53,883 nucleotides of DNA, filler included, from Sphacelaria rigidula (GCA_964200075.2; 4 parts of 4 records of this genome joined end to end with filler, not necessarily neighbours in it), one strand, 5' to 3'; shown: positions 37,306 to 50,200, counted from the whole stretch's first letter. Numbers and translations are program-made. Notes: generated by a model from the sequence alone, not told the origin.

Positions 37306-38339
37306 GGCAGCGTCGGAAGGAGCTCGTCTCGCGCGCAACGACGCTCCTCACCGATGGTGAGGGGAACGAGTTGACGCTCCAACTGTGGAGCGACCTAGCG
37401 TCTGACGGAATTCTCACCAAGCTCAGAGCAGCTGCGCCGCAAGGATCCCCATCTCGGGTGCGCGCAGTCGCGGCAAGTGGCGAAGAGACTCAACGCGCAA
37501 ATGATGACGCCGCTACTGGGAGTGGTTGGAATGGTGACAAGCCCTGTGTGTTCGAATTTACGCGGCTACGGCCAGATTTTCACTCTACGTGCGAGGCTTT
37601 GGTCCTCAACACCACTAGCAACAGTGAAGTCAAGCAGCTAGATCCTCAATCAAAGGAAGCATTAGACATTGCCAACGCCGTCCTAGATGGAGCAACAGCA
37701 ATGACAACGTTAGGGTCAGCACACCTGGTGGACTATCGGCATGCCGATACAACTGGGCAGACTAGCAATGGTTCCTACGAAGCAGGGATACAGTGCTCGC
37801 CAAGTGTCGCCCGAGTTTTCAGCTCGGTGAATGAGCTTCTAGCCGCAGAGGGCTACAGCGGAATGGCCCGGTTGGTTGGGGTTGTTGTGCGAGAATTTCT
37901 TGTAGATCCTCCGCGAGAATCTGCAGCGCTGACGACCAGTTCCCCCACTTTTTCTGGTGCACCTTGTGCTGGGGGACCAGCAGCTCTGTTTTTGGGAGAC
38001 CCCGCGAATAGAAATTCGGGTGGAGAGTCGATTGTTCGTGTGCTTGTCGACGGTGAGGCACTCAGAGATGTTTTGGTTGGTATCCCTTGGGAGGCTTCCG
38101 CGCTGTGTGGCACGGCATCCCTCGGTGGGAGTATCTGGCCGCATTCGAACGGTGTCGCTGAACAGGCGGCTGCGTGCGTGGCTCGTTCTCTTTTGGATGG
38201 CTTGGTCCAGGGGGGACGAGAAGGAGAGCTGCTGGATGCTGTGTTGGCCTGCGTGGCATCTGCAGACGAAAACGGAAGATTTGTCCAAGGAGGTACTTCG
38301 TATCGCCTCGCGCAGTTGCACGCGCATTTAGCACCGTAG
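37306..38339 (+). CDS. Gene 3 terminal exon: OB-fold protein, SHLD2/FAM35A-like C-terminus
   Basis: Long ORF containing LLTDGEGNELTLQLW, CVFEFTRL, LVLNTTSNSEV and a terminal ADENGRFVQ..YRL; acceptor aaacag|GG. Confidence 0.7.
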
Positions 38340-40001
38340 TGTACTTGGATAGAGCAAGGCCAAGAAATGAAATGTTGAGATACCAAGCATCGACCGTTTT
38401 CGTTCGTCGATTACGCAGAGTACTAGTTGGCCTGGGAAAATCCACTGTCAGCCGTGAGCTCGCCAAGTATATATTTTTGGTACATATCCAGGTGAATATT
38501 GTTTGAGTGCTGGAGCTCGGCAGATGAGACTCAGTCTGCCAGCTCGTCCAATAGCTTGTGCCCAATTATAGTGGCGACCGTAGCGGCCCACCGACCACCG
38601 ACCGGCAGCGATCTTTGCCCATTGGGCTCTCTTTCCAGGTCATTGATGTTTCTTCTGCTCCCCAAGAAAAACATGGGATGGGAAAGCAATTCGGTGGTAG
38701 CTATCCTGATGTATCGAAACCCTTATATCGCAAGAACTTCATGAAGCAGGATCGGTCGGCGTACCTGCAACGGGCACTGACTTCGAAGAACGTGAAAGTA
38801 GGTGTGTCATTCGCCATAGGTGTACTTCCCTGCCATCGCTCCAAAGAAAGTGCCCTGAGTACCCCAGGGATTGCCATTCACCGCCATCACGAAATCACCT
38901 CTCGAAGGAAACATGTAGTCACGTGCTAAGTAATTGTGTGCTGTGAACCGCTGTACTACACTGTACTGTACTGTACTGTCCCGCCCCCTTCTCCCATTGT
39001 CCTCTGCGATCCTGTAGAGTTGTCCTCGATACGAGGACAACTCTTGCACAAAATAGCAGTGCTCGTAGAGGAAATAATTGTTGTGTACTTGTCGCACATG
39101 TTGTGTGCTTGTTGCCTCACACCATATCTACCTACATGTGGACGGTTCAAAACGGCACAGTACATGCAGCGTCGGGTGAAGTCATCCGCACTGTTGCTGT
39201 CCTCTTTGAACATCTGTTTTCTCAGGTGTGGACATGATCAAAGGAGGGAACTACAGTACTCATGAGACGTTGCTCCCCAAAGAACACTTCGTCCATGTTT
39301 TCGGGAATGACCTAACGTGCTTGCGTCTCAAAACTTCATGACACTGACTTGCTGCATCGCCTTCTGCTTGCTGGCACATGGCCTGTCCCCCGGTCCAGGG
39401 TAACTGTGTGAATTTCGTGTCAAAGTTGGCTGCTGCTCAATGCGCGTCTGGGCACAAAGGGGGGTATCCTAGAAAGGGGTCTCCTCGCTATTCGGAAGAA
39501 GTGGAAACATATTTCAAACTCCGTCGAGCCCACACAGGAGTGAAATCCTGTAGTCAAACGAGTCATCCCATGATGGGGGGGGGAGGTATTGAGGGCCATT
39601 GCTGCCACGAAATTCCACTTCAAGTTGTGGTTGGGAACAGCAACGGTCGTTCGAAGGCGCTTGGTACCAATAAGACACTTGTTCTTACTGCTTGACACTG
39701 TTTTCACCCTAATACGAACGCACCGCGATTGTGTTAGGTCGTCTGACACACATATGAACTCTCTTTTTGGTGGAATCACCCCCCCCCCCCCCCCCCCCTC
39801 ACCCCGTCATAGGATCTCGCAATCCTGCAGAAGAAGTGCCACTTGTACGCACGATGCTGACCTTGTGATCGGCTCAGCACTACGAAATACCTCCCAGGTT
39901 GCTCACTCGCACTTATGATATATTCGCCTGTGTTGATTGATGTGTAGTCCCTGCCCGAACAACTGTCAAGATGAACATGTTTCTCCACCCCCAATGCTAG
40001 T

Positions 40002-40076
40002 GCTCCGTCCCGAAAGGGATGCGTGGTGAATGGTCAAACGACTAAGGCAAGCAACAAGTGAGTCCCCCCCCCCCCC
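40002..40076 (+). mobile_element. Family A 3'-end copy with 17-bp TSD
   Basis: CCACCCCCAATGCTAGT occurs at 39985-40001 and 40075-40091. Confidence 0.9.
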
Positions 40077-40223
40077 ACCCCCAATGCTAGTACTGAGACA
40101 TGAATTTTAAACCAGCAAACCGACGCCCAAGGTGTCGCACGTGACGGATAAGCCACGGCACGGTTTGAGCCCCACCTACAGTACGCTAGACACTTTCTAC
40201 GATAGCCCCCCCCCCCAAACCAG

Positions 40224-40300
40224 CTCCGTCTCGAAAGGGATGCGTGGTCAATGGTCAAATGACTAAGGCAAGCAACAAATGAGTACGCCCCCCCCCCACC
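40224..40300 (+). mobile_element. Family A 3'-end copy with near-perfect TSD
   Basis: CCCCCCAAA(A)CCAGCTC flanks both sides. Confidence 0.9.
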
Positions 40301-40389
40301 CCCCCAAAACCAGCTCAAAAGTGCCACGAAAAAAATGGCGATACAGCGCCTCATGTTTGGGTTCAGGCTGCATGAAGCGCCTCATATTG

Positions 40390-40489
40390 NNNNNNNNNNN
40401 NNNNNNNNNNNNNNNNNNNNNNNNNNNNNNNNNTTAATTAATTAANNNNNNNNNNNNNNNNNNNNNNNNNNNNNNNNNNNNNNNNNNNN
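40390..40489. other. Assembly gap with TTAATTAATTAA linker
   Basis: N-run/linker/N-run, 100 nt. Confidence 0.95.
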
Positions 40490-40550
40490 AAACACGAACA
40501 CCACCACACACAAGGAGGAGAGAGAACGAGCGAAGCAAGAGGGGGGGGGG

Positions 40551-40596
<46 letters not shown>

Positions 40597-41529
40597 CGAC
40601 AGGTGGTGGGCGTCAGTTCGCAGAATAGCCGAAAAGCTCATCAAGTCAACCATGTGTTTGAAAGATCCCCACGTAACATTACAAGCCAGGAACGAGGCCC
40701 GAGAGGAGCGGAGATACCATTCCGAGCAATCAAGGCTATCATAATCATCACTTCGTTCCCCTACACGTGGACAATTTTGCTGTCTAGCCGTATTCCTCAT
40801 TTTAGCCGAGACAATTCAGCCACAGATTACATGGGCACGAAGAACGCTTTTCATTTTGCTTTTAGTATGTGCCACCTGTCTGACCTCTCATATGTTGCCG
40901 GCATAGCTTCACACTTCAGTATTGTATAACACACAGCAGAGGCATCAGCAGCATGTAGTAGAATGAGTTAAGTGAAGAGCGATGGCACACTGACTGCTTC
41001 TTTTCTGTCGCATCCAGCGGAGACACACCACACACACTGAATCTGCATGCAATAGACTGCAGGGTCAAAACCGGTCAGGGGTTCTTCAGTACTATTTTCT
41101 ATATAGATGCCCAACATCCACATGATGATGGGAAAAGGTATTTTGGGTTGCGAGAATAGAGCTGTTGTGAACCCCAGATGTGGCAAAGTCCATCTCACTT
41201 CACCTGCGGGGAGATCGCTGTCTAAGGATTAAAAAGGAACGAAGAAACAGAGAGGAATAAGGGAAAAAATGGGACAAAAAGACTACTTTTTGTAAAGAAT
41301 ATCGTGATGGTCGTGTACTGTACTCGCACCATGAAAAAACGTTTTTTATATGTCTCGACATGTCTGACCTGTACTCCTCAATTACAACACCATTCAAGAT
41401 TACGATACATGTACATACGCGAAAGTAGATGGTTTCATAACATCCAAGCGGGACATAAGAGTGTCACCCGTCACATCAATCGCAACTTCCAGCTAACCTC
41501 TCGTCTGAAGCTCTGGCATGGGGTCTGTC

Positions 41530-42250
41530 GGGGGGAGGAGGGGAGGGGGGCGTACTCATTTGTTGCTTGCCTTAGTCGTGTGACCATTGACCACGCATCC
41601 CTTACGAGACGGAGCACCGTTCCGACTCCTAATAGAGATACCTTCAACACTACGACGCTCATTACGTTTCTTCCGCAGCTCATCACGTTTCTTCCATACA
41701 TTACACACAAACAAAATTACATATCTTATCCCCGTCCTGAGGGCGTCCCGCGTGCCTTCATTGTTTGACCATTGACCATACATTCCTCTCGAGACGAGCA
41801 CCGTTTCTACTCCTGATAAAGACACCTCCAATATTGCAGCGAACATTGCCTTCCTTCCATACATCACACAAACCCTTTACATATCTCGTCCCCTTCCTGA
41901 TTCGCCTTCTGTGGCCACCATTTATCTCTTGTAATAGTAATGGTTTTCTTTCTATTGCCGAGTGTATCGAGCGATTCCATGCCACCTTCATTTGATTCCC
42001 ACATTTCCCCCTTTAACACGTCCCATTCCTCCTTGTAGAGTTCACACTCTGCCAACATATGAGTTCTACTTTCTACAGCTCTGCCACAGAGATTCTGTGC
42101 ATCTACTTCCTCCTCCATTCGACTACTGGTAGTCGTCATAGCCCTGTGTATACATCGACGTAATATTTTCATCTCGCCCTTTCTTCTCAAGGTTTCCCTC
42201 AACGAGTGTTTCCTACATTCACCTCGGGGTATCATGCGCGGCATAATATC
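41530..42250 (-). mobile_element. 5'-truncated non-LTR retrotransposon (family A parent) with a duplicated 3' end
   Basis: Degenerate C-terminal CCHC finger LCGRAVESRTHMLAEC. The ORF ends GAPSRKGCVVNGHTTKASNK* and is followed by GTAC and a C-rich run. A second 3'-end copy lies at ~41750-41870. Confidence 0.75.
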
Positions 42251-42590
42251 TCGTCAGCATGACCGGATATCATAGCGAATCACTTCACGCGCAACAATCA
42301 GAGCAAAGCCACCAACGACCAAAGCAAGAAAATCAGTCCCTGCCGTGTCCATATATAAAGCAAACATCCACTTCAATCGTGGGGCGAAAAGCGCGCTTTG
42401 TGCTTGAATGAAACTACCTCGTGAAAACTGTTCCCTCTTGTAGGCCTAGTGTATATCTCTTTATCGGCTGCAACAAAAAAACGAAATACAGTGCAGTATT
42501 CGGAAGGTCTTGAAATATCGACCTGCGGGGGGTATGTGTCCTTGGGTACACTAGCCTTTGGAAGATGATCATATTTACGTGGCCACTAAC

Positions 42591-42668
42591 CTTCCCCGCC
42601 TCGATGTCCTGCGGCGCAAAGAAGGCGATCATGGGCATGCGCGGGTCGTGGGTGCCAACGAAGACCAT
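42591..42668 (-). CDS. SET-domain gene exon (MVFVGTHDPRMPMIAFFAPQDIEAGK)
   Basis: cccag|ATG and AAG|gttagt, 78 nt; SUV39-family SET-C motif. Confidence 0.9.
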
Positions 42669-43792
42669 CTGGGACAAACAGTGACAAGAAAAACAGAAGA
42701 ACGAGAAACTGGGAACTGAGAAAGACATCAAATGTAACACCAACAACGAAAACTTTTGAGAAAATGGCCAAAATCGTGTAAAGAAGCGTGCCGTGTTGTA
42801 TTGTGTCGTGTCGTGTCGTGTCGTGTCGCAAAATGAGATGGATTCATGTGGGCTTTCACATGGTGCATGAAGAAAGTGAACACTTATGCCACCACTTCAC
42901 AAAATCAATCATGCGAAATGTCGTTATGTTTGAAATACCAACGCCGAATCCTTCATTACAATACCTCCTTCTGGTCTACACCAAGCGCGCCTTGCACCGA
43001 TCACGCACAACAAAATGAAAACAGCTACTGGACATAAAAAAAAAATACAGTAAATGTTTTCCAATTTCGAGATGTAAACAAAGAACCGTTTTACGTTTGC
43101 AATTGTCATTCACGGCTTTCCCCCCCCCTCTCGAATGGGTACTGCACAAGAGCTTTTCCACTTGAAGCCATCAAGCAGAGGCCGGCCATTTCTACAGTAG
43201 TTTGCTGTTTGATAAGTTTTTTTTAGTCTACTCTTTGCATCTGTTTCCCCCGTGTGCTTTTTTTCTTCATTTTCCTTCAGCGAGTGTGTCCGTTTCGTTT
43301 CTTTTTCATCTCGGGTACGTTTATCGTGACGTCACCGCTGGATCCCCGAGGGATCCATCAATATGCGACAATCAATCGATCAATCAATCAAATTCCGACA
43401 GGGTCCCCTGCTGGGGACTACAAAGAAGGATGGGCACATGCATGTGAGACTGCTGAAAATGACGTGCACTCTGCCCGAGAGGGAGCCGCCCTCGTACGCT
43501 TGAGGAAAACACGTTGCATATTGCAGTCATAGATCGTCATGGTGACCGGTTATTGGGGGTTCTGCTCACAAGACACGCCCTCATTCAACAGACAAAATGG
43601 CGCTGCCTGATACGTCTTCGAAGCGCGTGTCATCATCCACCGCGCGTGTTTGCCATTTGAATCTGAGCGATGCCACCCGTTCGGGATTGGCTCTCCCCCA
43701 GGTTTGAAATCAACCTTCTGAGCCTGTCGATCGAAACCTACAACAGCAGCGGTGACTCGTTCCAATATACTCCAACAGATAAATGTACGGAC

Positions 43793-43873
43793 CTGCTTGA
43801 TGAGGTTACCATCACAGCTATGGTTGATGAAGCGTGCCACGTTTCCGTATGCGTTAGCATCGACGACCAGCAC
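43793..43873 (-). CDS. SET-domain gene exon (VLVVDANAYGNVARFINHSCDGNLIKQ)
   Basis: Canonical RFINHSC motif; tgcag|GTG and CAG|gtccgt, 81 nt. Confidence 0.95.
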
Positions 43874-45682
43874 CTGCATAAAGGAAAAAAGAGAAACAAA
43901 AGAGAAATATATATATACATATATATATTCATAAGCAAAATAAATCAAATCAAGGGCGCGCCGGTGTGCTCTTCAACACTACATTCTAGCAAAATTCCAC
44001 GTGAACGCGTATTCTGGTGTGAGCCGTTTGCTCGGGAAGCAGATAACACTGTAAGGCAAGTTACCTCAGGGGTGATCCTGCACACGTACTATAGAGTAGT
44101 CCACCTCCAGTGCACGTCCAGGTACATGAAAAGCTGGATATGAGGTTACATGAGGCTTGGTCATGGGATATTATCTGGAGTGTGACTATGACTGCTTGAC
44201 ATATGATGTGCTTGCAGGGAGAAATAGGGATCACTTCTGGTTTCAACGAAGACAGCTGTTTATAAAACTGCTTGAATCTTGAAGCCTCTGGAGCCCTCGA
44301 TAGGGAGGAACCCTCTGGAGCAGCACTGTCACCTTGTTCTGATTTCAGACATGTCTACAGTACTGTCGTATGACGTCTGTTCGAACTCCGTGATACAAAT
44401 GTAGCAAAACGGTAAAAATCTCCTCACTGTTTCTATCATTTTAGCATAAACCACTCATTTTCTTCCAGAAGAGTCCGTAGTTTCAAAGACATCAATCTAT
44501 CCGGCCCTAGGTACCCATCCCATATTTTGTCATCGTCGATTGGATCATGACCACCACTCCCACACCCCGTCGAGTCTTCGTCGAATCATCTTTGCAACTC
44601 ACTTTCTGATGCCCTCAAGGGCGAGAACCAGATTGTCCTCAAAACGACCACAGGATCTGTCGGGATTCAAACCCCCAACCCGCTGCCCTCAATGACTATT
44701 AGAGTACCATTTTAATTTAGCCCGCCGGGGCGCGGCGATATATTGCACGATATCACATTCCCGCAAAAACACACGGACAATACGATGGGTATCGTAGAAT
44801 ACGGTGTGTATAGCATCGATGCGTTGCATAGCACCCCCCTGAAAAAACGACCAGATAGTGACTTCAGGCTTTCGTGTCGATTAGAATCTGGGAGAGTCAT
44901 CTTTCCCTATTTTCATTACACCAAAACGCGAGAACGGCAGTTGAGAAAATGATTACCGCTTACCTCGAGTCTTTGACCGCGGTAATTTTACCACGGCATA
45001 TTGACGGCGTCGTGACTTTTTCTTCTAACTTTGCCGTCGTATCGGTCAAATATGAAATGTCACGACTCTACCACGCAGCGGCAACACAACATTGCCCTTC
45101 TATTTTTTGTGGAAGCCCGTACCGCGAGTCTTTGTCGGTCATTTTCCTGTTTTCGCACATTACACCATGAATGGCAAAGATCATGAGCATATTCGCTCTG
45201 ACCGCGGGTCTTGCATCTCCGCGAAAGTCTAAGTTTTACCCAGGAAAAGTCGAGGGCTCAAACATCCTCGTCACCCCTCGCATGCGTCAATCCTTGAAGC
45301 GTCGAGAATTAACTGTTCCGAGGATACGGCCTGAGAGTCCCACGGACGTTTGGAGTATGGCAATTACATGCGTCAATGACTCTTTCATGGCCCCCAGACG
45401 CCGAATCCAGAAACACAAACGTTTTTTTGGGACGATCTGTTGGGATTATGATAAGTGAGGCCGTTAATGTCAATGATTGAGCACGCAGATTGATGTTTTC
45501 GGGCACCTCGTGTGTGCTGTGAAAACGCTTACAGCGACGCGCCCGTAGAGGCCACAACTTGCACAAAATTTGTATGTGGCATACTCCATGCCGTGGTAGC
45601 ATCGGTCACCGCGCACGGTGGTCGCCCCTCACCAAATATGCATTTGCGGTACTGTCTGCTTGACTACATTGCATGATGCACT

Positions 45683-45684
<2 letters not shown>

Positions 45685-45724
<40 letters not shown>
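45685..45724. repeat. (TG)20 microsatellite
   Basis: Direct reading. Confidence 0.95.
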
Positions 45725-45725
<1 letters not shown>

Positions 45726-45909
45726 CACCGGTCCGGCGGGCCCAGACCTTCCTGTTCCCATGTAGGCGTTGTATCTTTCATCAAATAAATCATCCCGGGC
45801 CCCCAGGAACAACCAGACCCGGAAAGGCCCACCAGCACAACTTGGCGCCATGAGGAGTTACTCACGCCGGGAATGGCCGGTAGTCCACGGCGCATCAATG
45901 CCCACTTAC

Positions 45910-46196
45910 ATCTTTGGGAGAAACGCCTCGTCCGCCGGGTCCCCCTCTTGCTTGCTTTCCATCTCTATGCACATGCCCATGTCCATTTCCTCTTCCCTTC
46001 CCACGGTCTTCACCCACCCCGCCGCGAATCCTCAGAGGACTACCGGTACTATCGCCACCGCTTTCCGGAACATTTCCAGCATCAGTGCCCGAATTAGTCC
46101 CCACACCGCTCTCACCGTTAATCGCAGGAACATCATCAGGAACGTTTTCATTGTTGCCAACGGTCGCGGGGGAGGTAGAGGAAGTGACACTGGTAC
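45910..46196 (-). CDS. SET-gene exon, Gly-rich low complexity (GTSVTSS...LRIRGG...SPKD)
   Basis: Phase-1 acceptor ccag|GT matches the phase-1 donor of the giant exon; phase-0 donor GAT|gtaagt matches the SET-C exon. Confidence 0.75.
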
Positions 46197-46769
46197 CTGG
46201 CGGTGCATCATGACAACAGCACGTACTTGACATGAGGACCGCAAAGTAGTCTAGTCATAACGTGAGTTCATGAATGCCAAATGCGAATATTTCTGGCATG
46301 ACGTTTTACTGTAGTGGACGACTACTCCTGGACTTGAAAGATCGGACAATCTTGGGAAGTTGAAGAGTTCAGCTGGAAAATGACGGGCGAAGCGGAGGGG
46401 TCGAAGACTAGCAAAGCAACTTGGTGGAGCACATTATGCACCGAGCATAAGCGTGGGATGCCCGAGCAAAACATGAACGGAAATGTATACCTTTTGTTGT
46501 CCGGCAAAAAATCAGCATGTATGCCCCCGCAAACGTGTTGTCTCACAGCGGACCTACGTAGTCCGTCAAAATCCCATTCGCCGTGTACATCCGATGCATC
46601 GTACTTTTGATCTGATTATGATTGATTGTGGCACTATAACTGATCACCCATTGGTCCAGCCGTGGACGCATGATAAACGTACCCAAAAAAAGCAAAACTG
46701 AAACACTCGTTAAGAAAACGAAGGAGCAGCAAAAAGCCGAACAGAGCGACATAGTAGACAAAGACGTAA

Positions 46770-46814
<45 letters not shown>
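46770..46814. repeat. (AAT)15 microsatellite
   Basis: Direct reading. Confidence 0.95.
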
Positions 46815-46816
<2 letters not shown>

Positions 46817-47264
46817 AAAAAAAGCAAATCACAAAAAGAGATGGCCAACCTGAAAAAAAAAGTACTGTATCATCTATATTTGACATCGTATCTAGCCGCA
46901 CCCCCATCAACATTTTGACAACAACGCGGGATACAGCAGCAACACATTTCTCACACGCCCACCGCAATTTTCGGTATACACGATTTCAATCCCGAGAAAT
47001 CTCGAACACAAAATCCAAGTCAACACGCACACATCGCCCCTAATATCCATCGCGTGTAAGCAGACGCGACTTGCAGACCTGCGAGACGAGCTGACGTGGA
47101 AATTGGTTCCAACTAGCAATGTCCAAAACCAACGGATGACGTACACATTGTCAGCCTCCAGCAAACGGCCAGAAATCCATAAAAATAATCAAGGGCGAAT
47201 GCATATCCTAGCGCTCCCCCCCCCCCCCCCCCCCCCTTGAGATAAATCGGCTCACGCCACTCAC

Positions 47265-50200
47265 CTTCCTCGATGTTCTCCACCACACCGATAGCCGACG
47301 TTGGTGCGGTAGTAGGCACCGCACGCGGACTTTCCACATCCATACCTGTTGGTTCCGCGGCACTCTCTCCAGCGCCTGAACCGTTTGAACTATAAGAATC
47401 AACGGTCGATGACACCGTCGCAGGCACGACAGTCGTATTTTCCACGCCTGTGGCTGCTGGTACCGCGGCAGTCTCTCCAGTGCTTGATTCGTTTGAACTA
47501 GAAACGCCGACAGCCGACACCGCAAGCACAGACACCACAGGCGCTACAGCCGAATTGCCCACATCCGTGACTGTTCGTGCCGCGGCACTCTGGCCAGCAC
47601 TTGAACTGTCTGGACCAGAAGAACTGGCAACCAACGCCGCTGACACAGGTATCGCAGGCGCCACAGTCAGACTTTCCACATCCATGGCTGTTGGTGCCGC
47701 GGCATCCTCTCCAGCACTTGAACCATCTGGACTAGGAGCGCTCAAGGCCGATGTCGCCACCGTAGGCACCGCAGGCGCGACAGGCGCGACAGACGCTGCA
47801 TTTGTATTTTTCACACCCGTGACTGTTGGCGCCGCGGCACTCTCTCCAATTCCTGGATCATCTGGGCTAGAAGCGCCGATAGTCGACATCGCCGTCGTCG
47901 GCACCGCCGGCGCGACAGGTGCTGCAGTCGTATTTTCCACGTCCATGGCTGTTGGTGCCGCGGCACTCTCTCCAGCGCTTGAATCATCTGGACTAGAAGT
48001 ATCGACAGTAGACGCCGTCGTCGCAGGCATCGCAGGCACTACAGGCACTACATCCGAATTTTCCACGCCCGCGGCTATTGGTGCTGCGGTATCCTCTCCG
48101 GGACTTGAACCGTCTGCACCAGAGGCATCGACAGCTGATGCCGCTGTCACAGGCACCGCCGGAGCGACAGGCGCAACTGTCGGACTTTTTACGTTCGTGG
48201 CTGTCGTCGCCGCGGTACTCTCTCCAGCGCCTGAACTGTCTGGACTAGAAGCGCCGACAGTCGACGCCGCCTTTACAGGCACAGCCGGCGGGACACACGC
48301 TACAGTCGTACTTTCCACATCCGTGGCTGTTGGCGTTGCGGCACTCTCTCCAGCGTCTGAACCCTCCGGGTTAGGAGTATGGACAGCAGACGCCGCAGGC
48401 TCAGGCACCGCAGGCGCGACAGGCACGACAGCCGGATTGCCCAAGCCCGTGGCTGTTGGTTCCACGGTCTTCTCTTCAGCGCTTGAACCGTCTCGACTCG
48501 AAGTATCGACAGGCGACGTCGCCATCACAGGCACCGTCGGTGCGGCAGATGCTGCAATCATATTTTCCACGTCCATTGCTGTTGGTTCCGCGGAACTATC
48601 TCCAGCGCTTGAATCATCTGGACTAGAAGTATCAACAGTCGATGCCACCATTGTGGGCACCGCAGGCGCTACAGCCGGATTTCCCACGCCCGTGGCTGTT
48701 TGTGCTGCGGCACTCTCTCCAACACCTGAGCCGTGTGGACTAAAAATATCGGCAGCCGACGTCGCCGTCCCAGGTACCGCAGGTGCGATAGGCACAACAC
48801 TCGTATTTCCCACGCTGGTAGCTGTTGGTGCCGCGGCATCCTCTCCAGCGCCTGAATCGTTTAGACCAGAAGCACCGACAGTGGACGCCGCCGTCACAGA
48901 CACCGTAAGCGCGACAGTCGGACTTTTCACGTTCGTGGCTGTTGGTGCCGCGGCATCCTCTCCGGCGCTTGAACCCTCTGGGCTAAAAGCACCGACAGTC
49001 AACGCCACCTCCGCGGGCACCGCAGGCGCGACAGCTGGATTTCCCACGTCCGTGGTTGTTGGTGTCGCAGCATCCTCTCCGGCGCCTGAACCGTCTGGGC
49101 TGGAAGCGTCTGCGGCCAACACCGCCATCCCAGGCGCCACAAGTGCGTCAGTTTGACTTTCCAAGTCCATAGCTGTTGGTGCCGCGGCATCCTCTCCAGC
49201 GCCTGAACCGTCTGGGCTAGAAGCACCGACAGTCGACGCCACCTTCGCCGGCACCGGAGGCGCGACAGTCGGACTTTTTACGTTCGTAGCTGTTGGTGCT
49301 GCGGCATTTTCTCCGGCGCCTGAACCGTCTGGGCTGGAAGCACCGACAGTCGACGCCACCTTCGCCGGCACCGGAGGCGCGACAGTCGGACTTTTCACGT
49401 CCGTGGGTGTTGGTGCCGCGGCATCCTCTCCGGCGCCTGAATCGTCTGGGCTAAAAGCACCGACAGTCGACTCCACCTTCGCGGGCACCGCAGGCGCGAC
49501 AGCTGGATTTCCCGCGTCCGTGGTTGTTGGTGCCGCGGCATCCTCTCCAGCGCCTGAACCGTCTGGGCTGGAAGCGTCTGCAGCCAACACCGCCATTCCA
49601 GGCGCCACAGGCGCGACAGTTCGACTTTCCACGTCCATGGCTGTTGGTGCCGCGGCACTCTCTCTAGCTCCCGAGCAATCTACATTGGAAGCACCAGCAG
49701 TCGGCGGTGCAGTCGCAGGCACCGCCGGGGTGACAGGGGGCACAGTCGGACTTTTCACGTCTGCGGCTGTTGGTGCCACTACACTCTCTATAATGCCTGA
49801 ACCGCTTCGACTAGAAGCGTCGCCAGCCGACGTCGCTGTCGTGGGCGCCGTCGGTACGACAGGCGCTTCAGTCGGACTTTCCACCTCCATGGCTGTTGGT
49901 GTCGCGGCACTCTCTCCTTCGCCTGAACTGTCTGGAGTAGAATCGCTTTTCATTGAAGACCCGCTTCCCGCAGGCTGTGTGCTAATGCTGTTTTCAGGGC
50001 CCAAGCAGTCGAGAACATCAGAAGTAGTTTTACTTGAAGAACTGGGTTCTACATCTCTCTTATTTCCCGAGAGGGGACAATCAGGGGTGGAACCGGTGCT
50101 GGCAACAACGTCACCCTCTATGCCTTGTTTGGCGGCGCTGATCATGGCGGGTCCAGCGCCCGCGGGCGCTTTGACGAAAACATCCCCAACCGGCACCGAA

